From NCBI RefSeq assembly GCF_023055435.1, contig NW_025964372.1:46438001-46502000 (forward strand): a stretch of 64,000 nt of DNA. Reading direction: 5' to 3'. The notes beneath the pieces are model-generated. The model was not told the DNA's origin. It did not search any database and saw only the letters and a list, made by a program, of their open reading frames with translations. The translations under genes and the position numbers were made by a program. Source of the stretch: Haliotis rufescens (taxonomy: Eukaryota). Shown here in pieces: positions 62,479-64,000 of this stretch. How positions within the stretch are numbered: the stretch's first letter is position 1; every line of letters starts with the position of its first letter.

Positions 62479-63614
62479 CCTGTCCTGTGAGGACAGAATG
62501 ACCTCCATATCCAGAGGTCCAAACATGTTCTGTAGAGGAACCTCTGAAGATGTAGGGACGGTTGGTGTTTGTTTTCTATTTAATTTTTCTACTTTCTTTT
62601 CTTGTCAAAGGAACGGTCACATTTTTTTATTCTCTTTGCTACACGGGGCAGAACCTTGATGAGGCAGGATGTGGGCCATGAGAGTTAAAGTAGTTGAAAT
62701 CATTTTCACAGTCAGAGTTTTCGAGGGTGCCACCACAACGATGGCATACCACAGAGTTGTTACGAGACTTTGATCCATGACCGCACTGTTGGCATTTGTA
62801 ACATCGGAGTTGAATGGGGACATACACCTCCACTCCGATATTGAAATAACCTGCTTAAATTGATTGCGGAAGCGATGTACGCACAAAGGTCAAGAGATGA
62901 GTGTTTGTATTTGTGATGACATCATCTTTCTCGACAGTGATACGTTTTACTGTGGTGACAGTCTGTTCCTCAAACACTGCAGCAATGTCCTCTTTCGACA
63001 TGTTGGACAAGCAACCAGTCCGGTCGCGAACGATAGCTCCACAATAATTTTATGTTCTGTGCACAGACACAGCAACCTAAATATTGGCAAATGTTTTGAT
63101 AGACAAAAGATTGAGACATCAACCAAAAGTGAGCCACTACGGAGACGGGTGACAGTTTTCACCTCCCCACAAACTCCAGAAACTGCTTTAGAGATAGCAA
63201 ACGTGCTCTGTTTGATAGGTAGTTGATCACTAGCCTCAATAACCAGGAATCTAGCCCAAGAATCAATGCTTGGAGAATTAGTTCAAGTTGAGTGATCTAT
63301 ATCCTCAATACGTCTCTTCTTTTCATTCCGAGATGAACCAGATTGTTGTAGTGACATGATGAAATAACATTATTCCGCACCCCTGCTCCCCAGCCACTAC
63401 CGAGTGACAACAAGGATGGTGTCAAATTGCATCCGATATCCAGGATCCTGACACAAGGGATACAGGGATGTTGTACTCCAGGGAATATGATGCGAGCAGC
63501 TGTATTTGTCTTATTTCCATCAGTGTCTTGTGTTCTGGGGAATTCTGTCCCATTTTAGGCCTTCGTGTTCGACACCTGTCCATACGCTCAATAAATTGAC
63601 TGTTGCTTTGCATG

Positions 63615-63969
63615 AGGTGAGGTGAGGTGAGGTGAAATTGCGTTTAACGTCGCGTCCAAGATTATTGCACTTATATAGCGACGTGCATGTACGTGTGTGT
63701 GTGTGTGTGGCTGCTTGTACTAGTCCGGACTGATGCCGATTTATAGTGCTAGCTCACTGAGATACCATGCCACAGTTTAACATGAATACCCCACTCAGAC
63801 ACAGTATACTGACTCCGAGCCGACCAGTCCTTGTTTTAGCCACTTAATGCCGAGCGCCAGACAGGTTAACAACAAGTACCATCTTTTAACGTCTTTTGGT
63901 ATGACGCGGCCGGGGATCGAACCCCGGACCTTCCGCTCTCCGGGCGGACGCTCTACCACGGAGGCGGTC
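63615..63969 (-). mobile_element. SINE family 4
   Basis: TSD TGCTTTGCATGAG. Confidence 0.9.
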
Positions 63970-64000
63970 TGCTTTGCATGAGCAATGGGACAGAATTCCT

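Larger units (their letters stand above)
60700..64000 (-). mobile_element. Decayed I/Nimb LINE 5' half (5' UTR, gag-like ORF1, APE endonuclease) with SINE insertions
   Basis: VTRLRSGSLLV; zinc knuckles LRCYKCQQCGH and CHRCG; QWNCRGL; LYLQETNL; HDDLCGSDHLP. Confidence 0.85.

Overview
Eukaryotic, AT-rich, repeat-dense animal DNA, most likely molluscan. The (ACTC)n-tailed tRNA-derived SINEs and I/Nimb-type LINEs look like those of abalone (Haliotis); this is inferred from repeat style, not a database match. The only host genes are a minus-strand tandem array of six intronless Cys-loop (nicotinic-receptor-like) channel subunit genes. Two are type A (1204-2331, 26926-28053), two are type B (12711-13820, 58937-60061) and two are near-identical A/B chimeras (36974-38085, 47042-48153). 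All keep the Cys-loop and the cation-selective GEK motif but lack the acetylcholine-binding aromatic cage and vicinal cysteines, so they are candidate orphan or chemosensory receptors reminiscent of cephalopod chemotactile receptors. In the two chimeras a complex frameshift stops translation at the end of the extracellular domain, predicting a secreted AChBP-like protein. The array shows unequal crossover (10,068-bp tandem unit), homogenised pore domains, shuffled ligand-binding loops, and relic TM4 duplicates behind every gene. Spacers consist of decayed LINEs, four SINE-like families, Tc1/mariner relics, a Kolobok-like TIR element, a Crypton-like relic and a GATATC-rich array.
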